Shown here in pieces: positions 63,030 through 64,000 of a DNA stretch of 64,000 nucleotides. This DNA is from Scyliorhinus canicula (Eukaryota): NCBI RefSeq assembly GCF_902713615.1, contig NC_052171.1:22852324-22916323 (forward strand). Reading direction: 5' to 3'. Made by a program: the position numbers and the translations under genes. Within the stretch, counting starts at the first letter, position 1. The number at the start of each line of letters is the position of its first letter. The notes below the pieces were generated by a model, which was given only the letters and a program-made list of their open reading frames with translations, had not been told where the DNA came from and searched no databases.

Positions 63030-63495
63030 TTTTAAAGTATCCAATTCTTCTTTTCCAATTAAGGGCAATTTAGTATAGCCAGACAGCTACTCTGCACATC
63101 TTTAGGTTGTGGGGGTGAGACCCACGCAGAGAATCGGCTCCAATTGGACAGCGACCCAGGGCCAGGATTGAACCCTGAGTCATGAGGCAGCAGTACGAAA
63201 CACTGCCACCATTTCTCAGGAACTTGTGTTTCAATAATGTCACCTCTCATTCTTCAGTCCAATATAAAAACCCAGCCTGGGTCGGCACGGTGGTGCAGTG
63301 GTTAGCACTGCTGCATCACGGTGCAGATGATCGGGGTTCGATCCTGGCCCCGGGTCTCTGTCCGTGTGGAGTTTGCACATTCTCCCCATGTCTGCGTGGG
63401 TCTCACCCCCACAACCCAAAGATGTGCAGGGTAGGTGGACTGGCCGTGCTAAATTGCCCCTTAATTAGAAAAAATAATTGGATACTCTAAATTTA
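63030..63495. mobile_element. head-to-head family A SINEs (63030-63212 minus, 63281-63495 plus)
   Basis: consensus match. Confidence 0.8.
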
Positions 63496-64000
63496 AGGCC
63501 CAACCTTTCCTCATTCCCACTTCAGCACAGGAATTGGTTGAATGAGCCGACGCTGGTCCTGGTACCCCTAGAGTGGCCAGTTTTTAAGTTGACCTGGTTG
63601 GTCACCATCAATACATTAACCAAAAGTGGATTTCCAGCCAAGGTAATCTGCTTGGGGTCATTATTCAACATTTTTGGTGTTCAATGGCCTTTTGCAAGTC
63701 CTTGAGTGAGAGGTGGAGAGGTTTACTTGATATAAAAACAGGGTGCTGGAAATATTGAGGTCAGGCAGTATCTGGAGAGAGTTTCAGTTTTGCTCTGAAG
63801 GGTCATTGATCTGAAACGTTAATAGTTTGATACTCTGCAGATGCTGACTGTCCTGTGCAGCATTTCCCTTTTCACCCAATGTCCAACATCTGGTGTCCTT
63901 GCTTTCCTGCTCTCCATTTCTTTGTTTGTCCACCCAAGCTTGTCCCCTTGGATGCATTGGAAGTGTCTTGGTGCTTAGCCATCAGCTTGACTGCACATAA

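Overview
Vertebrate genomic DNA. It is most likely a shark (catshark-like), inferred from HE1/V-type tRNA SINEs, Deu-domain SINE remnants and CR1/L2/L1/Penelope debris. The window holds one protein-coding gene on the + strand: an 11-coding-exon beta-TrCP (F-box/WD40) gene from 16391 to the stop at 39803, giving 523 codons without a frameshift. It has an intron in the 3' UTR and a repeat-free terminal exon (~40465-42900). Its first exon could not be identified; it may be the GC-rich island at ~4440-4660, or hidden in the 100-N gap at 9017-9116, or upstream of the window. The protein is closest to BTRC but differs from both human paralogues at many shared residues, so it may be a third vertebrate beta-TrCP paralogue. 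The rest is TE debris, seven tandem arrays and one solo LTR. The most unusual signal is structural. The introns, including a perfect 38-bp hairpin at 9486-9566, appear to fold into serial nested, G-U-rich rods on the sense strand, and in many introns they pair sequence just after the donor with sequence near the acceptor. This was found by eye and needs a shuffled-sequence folding test. Human reference sequences and exon sizes are quoted from memory, and TE boundaries are approximate.
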